This document shows positions 48,993 to 62,120 of a DNA stretch of 64,000 nt, in pieces. The notes below the pieces were generated by a model. It saw nothing but the letters and a program-made list of their open reading frames with translations, did not search any database and had not been told where the DNA came from. The translations under genes were made by a program, and so were the position numbers. Origin of the DNA: Mobula hypostoma (taxonomy: Eukaryota); assembly GCF_963921235.1 (NCBI RefSeq), contig NC_086109.1, forward strand, positions 23,624,001 to 23,688,000, in the 5' to 3' direction. How positions within the stretch are numbered: position 1 is the first letter of the stretch; each line of letters opens with the position of its first letter.

Positions 48993-50884
48993 TAATAAGT
49001 TTTCCCAATAGCTCATTTGCTATGGTGCCGACTTTTTCTCCATGGTTTTAGTGGTGGGATTCAGGTCCTCAACTACTCACGTTGAGTTCTGTGGAAAGTG
49101 CTTTCTCGTCAATTGTTGCCTTGATAGTGCCCAGTATAGTTGAGCATACCTCTGCATGCTCAGTAGAAGGAATTGTTGGATGAGGTAAGATTTAAGATTA
49201 GGTTTTGTCACACGTACATCAAAACATACCGTGAAGTGCATCGTTTTGCAACAAATCCAATTAGTGAGGATTGTGCTGGGGGGCAGCCCACAAGTGTGCC
49301 ATGCTTCTGGGACCAACACACTCACAATTCAAAGTTCGTGGTCTTTCGAACGTGGGAGGAAACTGGACTACCTGGAGGAAGGCCATGTGGTCGCGGGAAG
49401 AACTGTACAAACTCCTTGCGGGCAGTGACGACAATCGAAGCCCAGTTGGTGCTGTAATGCGATTGTGCTAAGCGTTATGCTGCCTTGGCACCCTATACTA
49501 GCAAAGTGCCTGTGGCCATGAATCCTATTTCAGAACACTCAGAGGAATATCAAGAGAAGAAGAATAGAGTAAAATGTAATAACTTGAGTCTACCTAAGTA
49601 GTTTTGCCTTGTTCTAATTATCTTTGCTAAACTATAACCTGTATTGAGGTAATTGTGAATTCTCTCTGCCTTGCTCTAAATCCACCATATGGCAGTCAGT
49701 GCATGGGCAAGTAAGGACACAACACGACAAGACTCGGTCATCTCCCCTGTTTGTCATGTCATGAAACACACTGAGGTAGTCATTTGCCTGTGTTTGATAT
49801 CTGTTCCTCTGCCAGTGTTCAAGTGACAGCAGATTAAATCTCTAATCAATCAGTGTCAGATTTGTTTGAGCAGACATAGGGTATGACTGAATTTTTTTCT
49901 CTGTCTTTGCATTCCTCTGTCAAAAACTTAGAACAAAGATTTCCCCAAGGGGTGGGGGAGGTAATTATTCACAGGGAAATGTTCACAGCCTAAGGATGAG
50001 TCATGTGTTCAATTTTGCTAAGCTAGTTTTATTGACAGTGACACATGCAAATGTAAATTGTTGCCTCTGTTTATTTAGAAGTGTATATCCTTTAACCTGC
50101 TGAATACTGGCACGTTGCCACACATAATTGTCAAACACAGTAATCGGCACATATGACAATTGTGACACATAGTAATTGTCACTCATGGTAAATATCGCAC
50201 ACGTAATTGTGACACACGGTGATTATGACACCTGGCTGTTCTCACGTATAACAATTGTAACACATAGCAATTATGGCATATGGTAGTTATCTTGTACAAC
50301 TAAGTAGCATTGCGCCAGAATGTATGGCAACACTCGCGGGCTCTCCCCAGCACAGCCTTGGGTGTGTTGGTTGTTAGCACAAATGAAGCATTTCACTATA
50401 TTTTTCGGTGCAATGTGACGATGATGTGATGCTATTACAGATCGGGGCGTCGGAATTCAGAGTTCAATTCCACCACCATCTGTAAGGAGTTTGTATGTTC
50501 TCCCTGTGATCATGTGGGTTTCCTCCGGGTGCTCTGGTTTCCTCCCACAGTCCAAAGACGTACCGGTCAGTAGGTAAATCGTTCATTGTGAATTGTCCTG
50601 TGATTAGGCTACTGTTAAATAGGTGGGTTGCTGGGCATCATGGCTCATTAAGAAACAAGAGCCTGTTCCACACTGCATCTCTAAAATAAAATTGAAAGTA
50701 AATAAATAAATAAATCTGAATCTTGAATTTAATTGCCATATGACAAATATCACACAGTATCCATTTCAAGGCAATTGTCACAATGCTAGCTGTATTTCGC
50801 GGTAAGCTCACCCTTGCTTGTTATCACGTGTGGTATCTGTATATGCAACGTGCCACAGAATTTCCAAACACACTTGTATCTCCT

Positions 50885-51425
50885 GTACCTAATAAAGTGG
50901 CCAGTGAGTGTATGTTCATGGCCTTCTGCGGCTGTAGCACAGTTACTTCAAGGTTTGAAGTGATGCATGTTCAGAGGTGCTCTACAGCACAATATTATTG
51001 TAATGCCTGATTAACTGAGTTACTGTCACCTTCCTATCTACCTGAATCAGTCTGGCTATTTGCCTCTGCCTCTCTCTCATTAACTAGGCATTTCCACCCA
51101 CAGAACTACTGCTCACTGGATTTTTTTTTTGTTTTTTGCATCATCCTCCATAAACTCTAGACTGTTGTGCGTGAAAGTCCCCGGACATCAGCAGTTTCTG
51201 AGACACTCAGTCCACCCCATCTGCCACCAACCATCATTCCACAGACAAAGACACGTAGATCATATTTCATCTCCATTCTGATGTTTGGTCTGAACAACAA
51301 CTGAACCTCCTCTTCATGTCTGCATGCTTTTATGCATTGAGTTGTTGCCACATGATTGGTTGATTAGATATTTGCATTAACAAGAACGTATAGATGTGTA
51401 CCAAATTAAGTCACCACTAAGTGTA
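50885..51425 (-). mobile_element. Tc1-like non-autonomous fragment
   Basis: Minus strand DLRVFVCGMMVGGRWGGLSVSETADVRGLSRTTV resembles a Tc1 N-terminal HTH; TIR-like AATAAAGTGGCCAGTGAGTGTA. Confidence 0.6.
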
Positions 51426-51760
51426 TATAGTAATTGGCGGCCATGGCAGTGTCACATCTAGGAGCAATTACACATGATAGTTATACACTTCGTCAATTAT
51501 CACACAGAAATTGCCTCATATGGAAATTGCCTTATGCTTGGCAAGAATGATATCTACAGACCATAGAGGGGATAGTAATAACTGCCAAAAGAATCACTGA
51601 GGTCTCCCTCCCATCTGTTTGTGATATTTACTGGAAGTGTTGTATAGGAGGGACCCAAGGACTTGTTGAGGATCCCTATCACCCCATCCCACAGTCTCTG
51701 ATCCACTATCATCAGGAAGGAGGTACAGGAGCTTCAAGATTAGGACTGTCAGACTGGGTA

Positions 51761-52448
51761 GCACAAACACAAGTAAATGTGCAGATGCTGGAAATCCAAA
51801 GCAACACACATAAACTGCTGGAGGAACTCAGCAGGCCAGACAGCATCTATGGAAAAGAGCGAACAGTCGATGTTTCAGGCCGAGAACTTTCATCAGGACT
51901 GGAAAGGAAGATGAGAAGTCAGAGTAAGAAGGTGAGGGGAGGAAGAAGTACAAGGTGGTAGGTGATGGTTGAAACTGGGAGTGGCGGGGGAGGAGGTGAA
52001 GTAAAGAGCTGGGAAGTTGATTGGTGAAAGAGATAAAGAGCTGGAGAAGGGGGAATCTGATAGGAGAGCACAGAAGACCATGGAAGAAAGGGAAGTGGGT
52101 GGAGCACCAGAGGGAGCTGATGAGCAGATAAGGACATGAGGTGAGAGAGGGAAACAGGAATGGGGAATGGTGAAGGAGAGGAGGGTGAGCAACTACCAGA
52201 AGCTCAAGAAGTCAATGTTCGTGCCTTCAGATTGGAGGCTACCCAGATGGAACATAAGGTGTTGCTCCTCCAACATGAATGTGGTCTCATTGCAGCAGTA
52301 GAGGAGTACATGGACAGAAATGTTGGAATGGGAATGGGAAGAAGAATTGATATAGGTGGCCACCAGGAGATTCTGCTTTTTACAAGTGACAGGGTGGGAA
52401 GAGGTATAGTCCAGGTAGCTGTGACAGTCAGTAGGCTTATAAGAGATA
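51761..52448 (-). mobile_element. Penelope-like element 3' fragment inserted in a Rex1 3' end
   Basis: Perfect 12-bp TSD TCAGACTGGGTA at 51749-51760 and 52449-52460. Hammerhead on the minus strand at about 51865-51901 (CAGTC-CTGATGA..GAAAC-ATC-GACTG). Confidence 0.85.
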
Positions 52449-55400
52449 TCAGACTGGGTAACAGTTTCTTCCCCCAGGCTGTGAGATTAATGCGCACTGT
52501 TCTACCACCAAGATCTCGACACCAGGGCAGCGAGCTGTTTACTGCTTGCTGTACTATTTACCGTTTAACTGTGCTGCATACTGCACATGCATTTTGAATT
52601 ATATAGTATTAACTTATTGGTGGTAACATTTTGTTTTATGTGCTGTGTGTGATACATGTATTGTGGGTGCACTGTGGTATGGAGGAACGTTGTTTTGTTT
52701 GGTTGTATACACGTAGTCATGTAACAATAAAGTTGAACGAAGTGAACGCATGGCTCATAGTTGGTACAGTGCCATTTTTTAAATCTTAGCCAAAATGTGC
52801 TTTGATACCATGGCCGGTGAAGGAGGAGACAGGATTACAATGACGAACCATGGTGCCATCAGAAAAGGTTTAAATTTATCAGTGAGAGCAACAGATGCGG
52901 TACAGAATCCAAAACCACATTAAAATGGATTGCCTGTATTTGCGGCTATTCTACTACTTCCCCTCTGTCAAAAATGCCAGGAATTCTCACTTTGAAGCAA
53001 TTTGTCTTAAAGAATTCCTCTTTTTTTATTTCAAAAATAAACATTATTCATGAAAAAAGCTATAAAAGCACAAAAAAAAGCAGTGCGTGGCTCCACTGAT
53101 TTATGTTTGTCTTTGCTTCCACTGTTTTCTTTCCCTTCTCATGTTAGCCTTCCACTTCCTAAAAAACGTCCCCTTTTATTTTTTTCCCCGCTTCGCCCTT
53201 GTCGTGTCTCTGTGCTTACTTTTAAGGCGTCTGACAAGGCAGGATATTTCAGGTGGCTGAATCTGGAACCAGGAAATAAAACTGGATATTCGCGGCGGAG
53301 ATGAGGAGAATTCTCCACCAATGACTGCGATAGATATTGAATTCTCAAGTATCCATTAGAGCTGAGATAAGATGGTGTTCGGACTTGGGGATGCATGGCA
53401 TATGGAGTCGAGGCTGATTGGCCATGATATTGAATCATATGGAAAGCAGAGGAACTGTATGGTTTGTTCCTGCTCCTTTCCTATGTTTTTTATAATCATT
53501 ATGCTACCCTTTGTCAACTCTGATGAAAGGTCATTATCCTAAAACATGCCTCTGTTTCTCCTTCCATGGCCGCTGCAGGACTGGCTGAATATTTCCAATG
53601 CTTTACATATTTCGTATTTTCAGCGTATATTTCTTTAATTTCATTCTGGTTTTAGCTTAAGACCCTGCAAGAGTAATACTTTTTAGATTGGAATTTAAGA
53701 AGTCAGAACTTGACTATTTCCCTGACTGAATCAGTTCTCCCTTAAGGCATCTGAAGGAAAACTGGGCTTCATGAATAGTCCCATTTCTTGATTTTCCACC
53801 GAGAATTATCTCCAAAAGTTTTGGAAAACTCCCGGGCTGGACCGAAAGAAAGGCAAAAACCTGTCTTAGATTTCCTGACACCAACTGAACTGAGTGGGAG
53901 ACATTTCTCTCTTGGTCATGAGAGGTGGCCATAGCCTCACTGTCCTACTTCATATCCAGGGCCTGTTAATTAGCTCATTGCAAAGCTGAGTCAGAAATTG
54001 CTGTGGGAATTAGAGCCCCTCTCATTCCCCATTGCTTCTGTGTTTACCTGTCAGCCTCTCCTCAATGTGGCCCATGTCTATTGTCTCATTAGATTTTCTA
54101 AGTAATATTTTTTTTCCTGTGTGGTCTATTTGATGCCCTCTCAATATCATCACCATTTCAGGCAGATTCGGTTCTGTTATATAGTGGGCTTGTAAAAGTT
54201 TTTTTAAATCTGTGTCCTGCATAGAAAGCTACGACAGGCTTTCTTTCCTATCAGACCCATCACTCATAATATCCACTTCTGCCATTCAAGCATGAGCTAT
54301 TCCTCAGCCTGATTAACACAATTAACTTTGTGCTAGTTTCTCTCATTTTCATTCTCTCAGTTTCTCTTAAGTGTTATCCAGAACTGCCTGCTCCCAGTAG
54401 GATTCTGGATAAATCACAGCAAGTCCTGTTCACCTATTGTTCTTGCACTCACTGAATACATTAACTCTCAAAATAATGACTTGACTTTAAAATATTCATT
54501 TAAAAAAATTTAAACCCTTCCATGTTTTAACCATTATCCATTAACATTCCTCACCCCTGTAACTTCACTTCTAAAATCCTCTAATATCTTTGCCATCCTT
54601 CACTTCCAGTTTCGAGATCATTGCCAGGACCAACAATTTGCCCATTAGTGGATGTGCATTGAGGTGCAAGGCTAAAGGTTATTGAATTCTCTCAAAAACC
54701 TTCCCTCTTTCCTTTCCTGCTCTCTTTCCTTGTGATGCTTCATTAAACGAATCCCTTTGACCGAGCATTTGGCTGCTTGCAAAAATCCTAGAATGCTTAT
54801 TCAGGGAAAGGAGGTTATTTGGCCCATCTTGTCTGCACCAGTTCTTTCCCACAGCAACTTGATTCTTCCACACTCAGCCCTTTCTTCATGGCCTTGCAAA
54901 TTTATATTTATCCAATTCCTGCTTGAAGAATCTTCTGCAGCCCATTTGCAGGTAGTGCATTTTACATTCTAATTGCACAGATAAAAGATTTCTTTCTTAT
55001 GTCACACTTAATTCACTTCCCCTTTATTTTATACTGGTGACCTCTAGTCCTTGATCTCTCCACCTAAGACACAGCCCCAAACTCATCACTTCATATACTT
55101 CCTGTCAAATCTTCCTTTTTCTCTTCTGCAAGGTAATCAGTCACAGGAACTCTAATCTATTCTTGTAACTGTAGTTTCTCTTGTATTTTTTTCTGAGTGT
55201 TCTGTAACCCTTTCATCTCTTTCCTGTTAAGAGGTGACTGGAGTTGAACACAACACTGCAGTTGAGGTGAATGAGCATTTATAAAGTTTCGGTATACATT
55301 TCCTCCCTATAAACTACACCTGTTTTGACAAAGTGTAGAGATGTGAGTGTCTTCTTGACTGTTTTTTCATCCTGTCTTGCCACTTTCAATGACTTGTAGT

Positions 55401-55609
55401 GTTTTGTGATATACCGAATTTTGTTTCATAATAGCTTGGAACAATGTTTTAGCATAATATTAATTGTTGATTTTAGTAAGTCTGAGAGTATGTTTGATCA
55501 ACAGTCTGTACTTACATAGTGTCTCTAAGCGGAGAGGATATTGGGGATGAGAGGCAGGGGAATCACATTCAAGCTCATGAAGTGCTAGTGATTGAGCGTA
55601 GCTCTGGTT

Positions 55610-55771
55610 AATGGATGGTCATCAAGAGTTAAATTTATGGCTGGTTTAATAAGATATAATAATATTAATAATAAGTACTTTATTGATCCCAAATTTCCCA
55701 CTCCGGTTCAATAAAGTACTTATTATTATTATTAAACCAGCCATAACTTTAACTCCTGATGAACATCCATT
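55610..55771. repeat. Long imperfect inverted repeat (hairpin)
   Basis: AATGGATG..GGCTGGTTTAATAA..AAGTACTTTATTGA / TCAATAAAGTACTT..TTATTAAACCAGCC..CATCCATT with a loop of about 21 nt. Confidence 0.9.
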
Positions 55772-56964
55772 GTGAACAAGTGACATTTTTTGTGTTTCAC
55801 TAATCTAGTCTAGACCAATTACACAGATGTCCTAAAAAAAGGAATACCAAAGAGCCATTGATCTTTACAGCACAGAACAATTTATTTCATGGTTCAGCTT
55901 TTTGTTAAAGTCATCAAAGCTCACCCAATGGTCATATTCTCTCTCCCAGCAGACCTTATTCTGCTTTTATGTGCTTATGCAATTTTTTTCCTTAAAGAGC
56001 GCAATGGGATTTGCCCTAATCAGACTCAACGGCAAGGCATTCATGGTGTAATAGCACTTCTTCTAAACTTTCTACTCACAACACGGTCAGTAAAACGTTT
56101 ACACTGGTGCTGACTCCATCGTTCCCTCTTTAGGCAGTCAAAACATTTCATTTCTCAAAAACCATATTAAATCTTACCAGTTTTTTGTATAGCAGTAAAA
56201 ATAGTTATAACTGAAAATTGTTTATCACAATACTACTTCTCTCAATGAATTTCTCCCACCTTTCAAAAACGCTAGATTAGAAATTATATAGTGTGTAATA
56301 ATATTTTGTGCACCTTGCAATGAAATTTACTTAAAATTCTGATCAATGAATTCAGTGTGCTGGCTGGACACTTTTGGATTTTGTTCTGATTTGTTTTATG
56401 GTTGTATCATGATATTCCATGAAGGCTATTGCGTGTGCACAGTAATGCTGTGTTACATTTGCAGTATATGTAAAGATGGTTGAGAACAATAATTGTTGGG
56501 TTAAGAATTCTGTCAAGTGACTAACTGCTCCGGGCTGCAACAGTGTTTATAGGAATTGAATAGAGGCTGCCTCCGAAGAGCAAATCAAGAAAGAGGCGAA
56601 GCTGTGTTTTGAGCTCCTTGGGTCTCACATGTAACTACATGCACTGTTGTATGAATTTATTGTATATTAGGAATCCAGAGATAACACATGTCCCAGAATG
56701 TCCAATGCTCACTTCTGCAAAGTGCTTTGCAGTTTAGAAGCTTCAAACCATAGGGTCTTTGGATGTTATTTTTTAAATGGGGGACTGACCTTATCTGGGA
56801 AGTTTAACTCATTCAATGCCCTTTAGATAGGCTTCTTGGTGCTATTGCCCATGTTTTCAACACTTTCCATCCCCATCAGTTATATCTTCTGCCATTATAG
56901 ATTTCTGACCCATATCAATCCTCTTTATCCCCATAACCTTCTTTAGCACTCGCAAATCTTTCTC

Positions 56965-57487
56965 TTACTGTCCAAGACCGAAAGAAGCTGCAGAAGATCA
57001 CGAACACGGCGCAGCACATCACACAAACTAATCTCCGGTCCATGGACTCACTTTACACCGCACGCTGTCGGAGCAGTGCTGCCAGGATAATCAAGGACAC
57101 GACCCACCCAGCCAACACACTTTTTGTCCTTCTTCCCTCCGGGAGAAGGTTCAGGAGCTTGAAGACTTGTACGGCCAGATTTAGGAACAGCTTCTTTCCA
57201 ACTGTGATAAGACTGCTGAACAGATCCTGACCCGGATTTGGGCCGTACCCTCCAAATATCCAGACCTACCTCTCGGTTTTTTTGCACTACCTTACTTTCC
57301 ATTTTTCTATTTTCTATTTATGATTTATAATTGAAATTACTAGTATTTACTAATTTTTACTGTTTTTAATATTTTTAATATTTAATATTTGTAATCCAGG
57401 GAGTGGGAAGAGCAGAATCAAATATCGCTGTGATGATTGTATGTTCTAGTACCAATTGTTTGGCGACAATAAAGTATAAAGTATACT
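56965..57487 (+). mobile_element. Rex1/Babar LINE 3' end
   Basis: IIKDTTHPANTLFVLLPSGRRFRS..RFRNSFFPTVIRLLN C-terminus; AATAAAGTATAAAGTAT tail. Confidence 0.85.
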
Positions 57488-59005
57488 TTCCTTCCCTCTG
57501 TTTACTTCCCCACTTTTCAACCATCTCCCAAATCCTGTCTCTGTTCTCCAAACTCTGAACCTGTCGCAAGCAGAGATACAGGACTCAGTGCCCCTGCATG
57601 CCTCAGGTTGCGCTAACTGTCACTTCCAGGTTAATTACTAACCATGGGGAAAGTGTACTTGCATGCACACGTGCTTAGCATCAAATGTGTATCCAAAACC
57701 GTCATCCTGTGTGTCGCTGGCTTTTCTCAATTAAATGACAAAGAATGGTTATTAAGGTTGTGCTGAACATTTAATGCTCACAGTAAAACAAAATAAAGAT
57801 AATAATTAATATTAGGCTTACTTGTCATATGTACATTAAAATATTACAACATACAGTGAAATGTGTCATGTGCATTAATGACCTACTATGTGCTGTTGGC
57901 AGTCATGCTTCTGATGCCAACTTAGCATACCTACAACTCACTAACCCATACTGATTCAAAGGTCTTTGCAATGTGAGAAGAAACCAGAGCTCCCACAGGA
58001 AACCCACGCCATCACGTGGAGAACATACAAACTCCTTACAGACAGCGGCATGAATTGAGCGCTGATTGCTGGTGCGGTAAAGCGTTACGCTAGCCACGAT
58101 GCTGCCGAGTCACACAAAAGACAACCCTTGCAGCCAATCAAAAAAGAGGTACAAATGAAATAGTCCCCACAGTACTGCAATGCTTTCATTGCAGCCCCTG
58201 TTAGACTCATATTTCTGAGCTTAGTTTTTGGCAGCCAGCATCACTGGCAAAGACTGAGCACCTCTGCATTATTAACCTCAATGCAAGACAGTGTAGTCAT
58301 TGACCATTGATGATCCCATACTTTGGGAGGCGTCCAGCTACTTTCAGAACATTGGAGTGCATTAGGCTCAGTCATTGTGTAAAGGGGAGAAAAGAGAGCT
58401 TTGAGGAGAATATATCAGAATGCAGAACATAGAACAGTGCAGCACAGTACGGGCCGTTCAGCCCATGATGTTGTGCTAACCCTTTAACCTCCTCTAAGAT
58501 CAGTCTGATCTTTCCCTCTCACATACTCCTCCAAATTCTTTTCATCCACACGCCTATCTAAATGTATCTGCTTCTACTACCACCTCTGGCAGCTCATCCC
58601 ACACCCTCACTGCTCTCTGTGCAAGAAGCTTACCTCTGACATAATCCCTACATTTTCCAAAAAAAAACCCTTTATGCTATACCTCCTCATATTAGCCATT
58701 TCCACCCTGTGAAGAAGTCTCGGGTTGTCCACTCTATCTAAGTCTCTTATCATCTTGTACACCTCTCATGCTCCTTAAACCTAGCTTACTCAGCCTTTCC
58801 TCAAAAGAAATGCTCTCTAATCCAGGCAGCATTCTGGTAAACCTTCTCTTCACTTGTCTCTCCTCTGAAAGATGAAGTGGACTGGGCTAGCGTTTATTGG
58901 GAGCAGGAGAAGCCACTGTGTTCCTGCTACTATTTATTATCTTTAGCGCCCATTGTTCCAATTCTGCTACTTTCTTCTTTCCCTCATCTCCTCTTATACT
59001 TTTTT

Positions 59006-59620
59006 TTAGATTATGAAGACACGCAGTCCTTTTTTATTGTCATTTAGTAATGCATGCATTAAGAAATGATACAATATTTCCTCCGGTGTGATATCACAAA
59101 ACACAGGACAGACCAAGACTGAAAAAACTGACAAAACCGCATAATTATAACATATAGTTACAACAGTGCAACAATACCATAACTTGATGAAGAAGTCCAT
59201 GAGCACAGTAAAAGTTCAAAGTCTCTCAAATGTCCCACATCCCACGCAGACGGGAGAAGGAAGAAAAACTCTCCCTGCCATGCCTGACCACAGTCCGACT
59301 CTGAGTCATCCGAAAAGTTCGAGCCTCTGAATCAGCTCTCCGACGCTGAGTACTGAGTGCCATCTCTGTCCGAACGATTCGACCTCAATCTGAGTCGCCA
59401 ACAGCAGGCAAAGCCGGGGATTTTGAGGCCTACCCTCCAGAAGATTCCCGACCACGCAGTAATGACAGCAGCGAACGAGCGTTTCAGAAATTTCTCCAGA
59501 TGTTCCTCTGTGCTTTCACGTCCCTCTCCATCAAATCAGAATTGTCCATGGCCCCTATTTAACGGATACGATATTATTTTTCACCGGAGGGCTGCGCACG
59601 CGCGGCACGCTGCTCTCTCT
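59006..59620 (-). mobile_element. Non-coding retroposon, sister of 38385-39008
   Basis: Reverse-complement similarity along its whole length. Confidence 0.75.
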
Positions 59621-60955
59621 CCTCTGCTTTACTTGAATGCTGCATGCAGCATTGTAGCAGTTGACTTTACAGTGCCAGCTGTCCAGGTTCATTTCCAATG
59701 CCGTCTGTTAGGAGTTTGTGCATTCACCCAGTGACACCGTGTGATTCCTCCAGGTGCCCCAGTTTCTTCCCACATTCCAAATATTTACAGATTAGTAAGG
59801 GTTTCTAAACAGTGGGCAATGCTCTGTTGGCGCCAGAAACTTGGCGGCACTTGCGTGAGGCCCCCAGCAGGTCCTCAGACTGCGTTGCTCGTTGATGCAA
59901 ACGATGCTTTTCACTGTATGCTTGCATGTTTCAACGTACACCTGACAAACAAAGAGTTCACCTTTGATCTTTATCTTCAGGAGCAGACTCACCTGCCGCC
60001 AGTTAGTGTGGTAACGATGCAACGGCTGGGGATCCCTTCCATCATTCAGCAGCTTTTTCACAGACGGCCCTTTTTAGTGCAGCTGATCCTAGCGGGTGCT
60101 TGTTTTGTATGGCACCTCCAGACAGGTTTTGAACATTAATAGAGAAGTGCTGGGAATGCTTACCTGCTCAATCAACACTGGTATTGTGAAAAAACAGTTA
60201 ATGTTTGAGGACGTAACAATCTGCTTGTTGAACTCGGCAGGTCAAACAGTAAATGTGGGAGTAGGGGAATTATTGACAAGTTGATATTTTTGGGTCGCAG
60301 TCCTGCAGCAGGACTGAGAATGGAAAAGTGAGTTTCAGGCCTCCCCAACCCCATCTCTGCACCATTTGCCCCCCACCCCCCACTTTTCCTCACTCTCTTT
60401 GTCTGCCTCCATCTCTTTATCTCCCAACACCACCTCTGCTCTCCTCCCCCAGCTGGCATACCTGCCCGTTATCTTACAGTCCTCCTCAGTCCACCTCAGA
60501 CTCCTTTCACACACACACTGACCAACATGTTATTGCATTTGTTACATTGCTAGCCAGGAGGGCCATTTTTTTGAAGTGGAAGGATACATCAGCTCCCACT
60601 TTGTCACACCAGTTCTCTCAAGTGATGCTATGTCTTCGTTTGGAGAAAATTAGAAGTCAAACCTTTGAACCTTTATTTGATTTTGAGAAAAGATGGGGTT
60701 CATTTGCTCGTCATTATCATTTAAGTTAATTGATGGGACTTTTGAGAGACTTTGAGACTTTTACTGTGCCATGGTCTGTTCTTATCAAATTACAGTATTG
60801 CTTTGCACTGTTGTAACTATATGTTATAATTATGTGGTTTTTGTTAGTTTTTAAGTTGGTTTGTCATGTGTTTTTCATATCATTCTGGAAAAACATTGTA
60901 TCATTTCTTAATGCATGCATTACTAAATGACAATAAAAGGGGACTGTGTGTCCTC

Positions 60956-60987
<32 letters not shown>

Positions 60988-61899
60988 TGATAGATTTTCT
61001 CCTCGATCTAATTGTAAATTTATGGTATTTTCTTTCTTGCTGGCAGTTTGATGTTTATCTTTAGAGGCTTTCTGTATGACGTATGTCTCTGGGATTGTAC
61101 ACCTAATGGGGATTTTTTTCCCCACTTTTCTGCTTAGTAGGGTTTTCTTTATTATCACAAAAATTTTTCAATCCTTAAAATAATGTTTTTTTTCCTTGAG
61201 ACATTGTAAGTGCTGCCTACTTCGATGTACTCGTGTTATTTTTTGAATAATAATAATAATAAAAAGATTTGAAAAGAAAGAAAGACTCCTTTCACACAAC
61301 TCCTCTTTTCCTCTTCATACTACTGACCTTCTCACCTCTCCACTCTCGGTCCTGATGCACGGTTTCAACCCAAAACTGAGACAATTTCTTTCCTCTCGCA
61401 GATGCTGCTCGACCCGTTGATGTCCTCCAGCAGATTGTCTGTCGCTCCAGATTCCAGTATCTGCAGTCTCTTGTATCTCCACTGTCTGAGGGCAATCATC
61501 TTTAGCTCGTTTGTGTATCTGTGTGTCCCTCTAATTTATGTTATACCGGTACTGCAGAGGCAACTCTTAATGCAACGTCAAAAAAGAAATGACCTTCTAT
61601 ATTCACACATTTTGCTAAGTATGCAGAAACCCGTAATTCCAAGAGTCAAAACTGCTGTGGCTAAAAGACCTGCTGAGTCCCTTCAGCACTTTTTGTGGTG
61701 TTGCTTTGGATTTCCAGCACCTTCAGACATTTCGTGTTTGTGATTGCTATGCCACTGCAAACTCTGTTCGAGGGATGCCTATCCTGAAAAAGTTTAAATC
61801 TTCCCTTCAACGGGTGTTCAGTGAAACCCTCCCCCTCTATGACCTCTGCTGCCCTCCGACTCTTCAACCATGTACTCACCTGGACAGGCACTACTTTCC

Positions 61900-62120
61900 G
61901 ATCAGATTCCTTCTTCTCCAGCCCTTGACCTTTCCTACCCATGTGGTTTCACCTATCACCTTCTAGCTAGCCTCCTTCCCCTACCCAACCTTTTTATTTT
62001 GGCATCTTCCCCATTCCTTCTCATTTCTGAAGAAGGGTCTCGGCCCTAAACTTCGACTACCTACTCATTTCCATCGATGCTGCCTGACCTGCTGAGTTCC
62101 TCCAACATTCTGTGTGTGTT
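61900..62120 (+). mobile_element. Decayed PLE pLTR
   Basis: TCTGAAGAAGGGTCTCGGCCCTAAACTTCGACT..GATGCTGCCTGACCTGCTGAGTTCC. Confidence 0.7.
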
